DNA from: Candidatus Woesearchaeota archaeon
Lineage (GTDB): Archaea; Nanobdellota; Nanobdellia; Woesearchaeales; UBA583
Length of the DNA stretch: 64,000 nucleotides
Direction of reading: 5' to 3'
NCBI GenBank assembly: GCA_965205335.1
Contig: OZ242164.1
Location: 896,001 to 960,000 of the forward strand
Shown here: positions 61,334-64,000 of the stretch, piece by piece
Numbering within the stretch: position 1 is the stretch's first letter
Layout: each line of letters begins with the position of its first letter
Translations under genes and position numbers: made by a program
The notes under the pieces: model-generated
Databases searched by the model: none
Seen by the model: only the letters and a program-made list of their open reading frames with translations
What the model was told of the DNA's origin: nothing

Positions 61334-63769
61334 ATGATTTCTCGTATAATTCCTTTTTTATTAAAAAGAAAATTACCACAAAAAAAGGAGGGTAAGGAGT
61401 CAGCAAAAGTAGCAAAAGGTGTTGCAGGAGGAGCAAATGAAGAATATAAGAAAGCGCAAGAAGAACATGATAAAGAATACAAGAAAGGATATGATAAGGC
61501 ACAAGAAGAATACAGAAAAGCACAAGAAGAACATGATAAAGAATACAAGAAAGGATATGATAATGCACAAGCCTCAGACAGAAAAGCACAAGAAGAAGGA
61601 AGACCAACAGAAACAACAAAAGTAGAAGGAACAAAAAAGAAAGAAAAGCAAAAAAAGAATGGAACTCTTAAAAGTATTATTGGTTTATATTCTGGAAGAA
61701 GAGCTAATAAAATATCTAAACAAATAAGCAGCAAATCAAACAACACACAGGAAAAATCTTTTAAAGTTATTGATTTAGGAAAATCAATTCTCTCTGGAAT
61801 ATTAATAAGTGCATTAATATTTTTGGCTATGGCTATAGTTGATATACAAAATACAATGAGTTTTGTATTCAAAGATTTAACTGGTTGGATAAGCGATCTC
61901 TTTGTATATATTATATCTATTTTTACAGACTCAGGAGTAATTGTATCAGATACAGTAGAATTACTTATTGGATGGATAATTTTATCATGGATATTTGCTA
62001 TGTTTTTAGTACTTTTTATATCAAGTGACAAAAAAGAAGGATTCTTAAAAGTCACAAGATATATGATTATTGGCATATTACTTGTTGGAGTTTGGGTTGG
62101 ATTTTCAAATTTATATTTAGATTCATCTCTTTCAACAGGAGAAAATGCCCGAGAAATAGGTGAGCAAGGAGCAGAAAATACACTCACTTTTTGGGATAAT
62201 TTAAAATGCCTCCTTTTGGATGCTGGGAGTTCTGTTTGTATTGAAAGATTAACTGAGACTGAGGTTAAACAATCCACAAGAATTGATTATTATATGAGAT
62301 TGGATATGCCAGACTCTACATACTCAAGACGTGATTTAAACAAATCAGTCCGCCTCCAATACACTTCAGTAACAGGCTCAAGCATCGAATTAACTAAGCT
62401 TGAATGCTATTATAACTCAAAAAAAGAATCAAACAAATTTTATAATAAAACTCTTGAGATTGAATTTGATACAGAAAATGCCATAACTCAGGATCCAAGG
62501 GATTTAACATGTGAACATGATTTGTTAAAACTAAAAGAACACATCTCAAGTTCAAAATTTCAGGAAATTAGAATAATTCCTGTGGTTTATTTCACTGTTG
62601 AGAAATCTATTGCGCAAGACATTCTAATTTATGATTATAAAGAATATGCAAGAAGAAATTTGCCCTCTGGACATTCATACTCTGATTATTCCTTAAAAAG
62701 TGAAATTAGAAAAGAAGAATCTTTTAATCTTGAACCCACAAGCAATATACCAATACCAAAAGTAACTTTCTCATCAAGTTTTGAAAATTCTCTTCCTGTA
62801 ATTGTTCAAGGCGATGAACTTGACTACATAAGATTTACTATGAAAATTGACTTTGATGAAAAAGATAGAGATTTAGGAAAAGTTACCAATATCACTATAA
62901 CTGAAATCAATCCTCCAAGTTCACTTGAATTAAACCCTGAACTTGAACTAATTAATGAGGAATTCTCTGCTAACCGTGATGGGGTTGTAGAGAAAACAAT
63001 AGAATTAACTGAAAGAGAAGGAGTTACTATTGGAGAAGATGAGGTTTATGCAATACAAAAACTAACAATAAATGCTTTAATAAATGTAGAGAATAGACAA
63101 GGTTTTATATACAGATTAGAATTAAGTGACGGAGAAATAAGGGAACTCAAAAATTTTGGAGAACCAGAACAAGAATATGGAACTGGTGGAATAAATGTTA
63201 GGTGGTCAGGCAGATTAGATGATAACCAAAAAAGATTTACAAGAGAAAATGCGAACAGTGTAGTTGGTAACTTAAAAAGAATTGAATTTGATGGTACTAA
63301 TGCATATGAATTTGCAAAGTCCCAAAGTTCTGCCAAAGGAATTCCTTTTGATATGACTCTTTCAATAATTGCGATTGAATCGGATGGGGGAAGCCTCAAT
63401 GCTAACAGTGGTAAATCAGCAGGATTAATGCAATTATCAGTTCCAACTGGAGAGATATATGGAGTTTCCCCTTCAGAAAGAAAAGACCCAAAAAAAAATA
63501 TTGAGGCAGGGACTTCCTATCTAAGAGATCTTCGTGGTAGGATTGGTAATGTGAATGATGTTGTTGCGGCATATAATGGGGGAGAATATGGAGAAGATGG
63601 AGCTTTAGGAGAGAGTAAAGATTGTCCGGGATTAAAAAGATATGAATGTGAATGGGATGATTCTGAGCACACAGATCCCAATGATGGTTATGATGAAACA
63701 AGAGATTACGTTCTAAAGTATAGGATAGCATCTTCTATTATTAAAGAAAAACCTAGAAACGAGGGATAA
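61334..63769 (+). CDS. Membrane protein with C-terminal lytic transglycosylase (SLT) domain
   Basis: IIAIES, AGLMQL, DP..NIEAGTSYL, AAYNGG and ETRDYV motifs; several TM segments in the N-terminal third. Confidence 0.88.
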   Translation: MISRIIPFLLKRKLPQKKEGKESAKVAKGVAGGANEEYKKAQEEHDKEYKKGYDKAQEEYRKAQEEHDKEYKKGYDNAQASDRKAQEEGRPTETTKVEGTKKKEKQKKNGTLKSIIGLYSGRRANKISKQISSKSNNTQEKSFKVIDLGKSILSGILISALIFLAMAIVDIQNTMSFVFKDLTGWISDLFVYIISIFTDSGVIVSDTVELLIGWIILSWIFAMFLVLFISSDKKEGFLKVTRYMIIGILLVGVWVGFSNLYLDSSLSTGENAREIGEQGAENTLTFWDNLKCLLLDAGSSVCIERLTETEVKQSTRIDYYMRLDMPDSTYSRRDLNKSVRLQYTSVTGSSIELTKLECYYNSKKESNKFYNKTLEIEFDTENAITQDPRDLTCEHDLLKLKEHISSSKFQEIRIIPVVYFTVEKSIAQDILIYDYKEYARRNLPSGHSYSDYSLKSEIRKEESFNLEPTSNIPIPKVTFSSSFENSLPVIVQGDELDYIRFTMKIDFDEKDRDLGKVTNITITEINPPSSLELNPELELINEEFSANRDGVVEKTIELTEREGVTIGEDEVYAIQKLTINALINVENRQGFIYRLELSDGEIRELKNFGEPEQEYGTGGINVRWSGRLDDNQKRFTRENANSVVGNLKRIEFDGTNAYEFAKSQSSAKGIPFDMTLSIIAIESDGGSLNANSGKSAGLMQLSVPTGEIYGVSPSERKDPKKNIEAGTSYLRDLRGRIGNVNDVVAAYNGGEYGEDGALGESKDCPGLKRYECEWDDSEHTDPNDGYDETRDYVLKYRIASSIIKEKPRNEG
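61439..61570 (+). repeat. 66-bp tandem duplication encoding EEYKKAQEEHDKEYKKGYDKAQ twice
   Basis: CAAGAAGAACATGATAAAGAATACAAGAAAGGATATGATAA occurs twice, 66 bp apart. Confidence 0.9.
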
Positions 63770-63801
63770 TCTTAAAATTGAATTAGAATTCTCACATTCA
63801 C

Positions 63802-64000
63802 TTACTTGAACTTGTTTTTCACTCTTCTAACAAACTCATCATGATCTCTCTTGTCTACAATACACCCACTTGATGCGACATGCCCTCCTCCCTGAGATTT
63901 AAGACCTTTTCCGCACTCTCTAACTAATTTATTAACATCAACATCTCCCTTAGACCTAAAACTAAAAGAAACAAATTCCTTTGAATCCTTAAAATAAGCG
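63802..64000 (-). CDS. DHH/DHHA1 phosphoesterase C-terminus (partial)
   Basis: Manual translation ..SFSFRSKGDVDVNKLV..GGGHVASSG. Confidence 0.8.
   Translation of the reverse strand, partial: AYFKDSKEFVSFSFRSKGDVDVNKLVRECGKGLKSQGGGHVASSGCIVDKRDHDEFVRRVKNKFK

Noticed and set aside
61324-62277. 317-aa antisense ORF and other shadow ORFs (e.g. 25456-25848, 33560-33949, 5140-5514)
   Set aside because: They lie antisense to well-supported genes and have no motifs
1-64000. CRISPR array
   Set aside because: No regularly spaced repeat-spacer series seen; the tandem repeats are coding linkers

Overview
AT-rich archaeal chromosome segment, most likely a DPANN (Woesearchaeota/Nanoarchaeota-like) genome. 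This is inferred from GatD, archaeal NAC, Sec61beta, SecY, RadB, RIO1, uL15, ADP-forming acetyl-CoA synthetase, class III signal peptide proteins and TATA boxes directly upstream of start codons. Mobile DNA: two nearly identical IS5-family (IS903-like) elements, at least three derived MITEs and one IS481-family element. Positions 1-3.5 kb are a decayed defence island (ImmA/IrrE + DUF4411-like PIN plus gene fragments), and a BsaWI-like type II R-M pair lies beside tRNA-Gly. The top finding is a two-gene operon (21673-22895) that matches, domain for domain, the eukaryotic ribosomal prolyl hydroxylase OGFOD1/Tpa1, split into its catalytic and its inactive domain. Also notable: a surface cluster at 50.9-63.8 kb (pilin-like proteins, LamG adhesin, HerA-like ATPase, membrane-anchored lytic transglycosylase), a stand-alone voltage-sensor domain, and a bacterial Pol II-like polymerase ending in a PIP box. 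All family calls come from motif recognition by eye; no searches were run.
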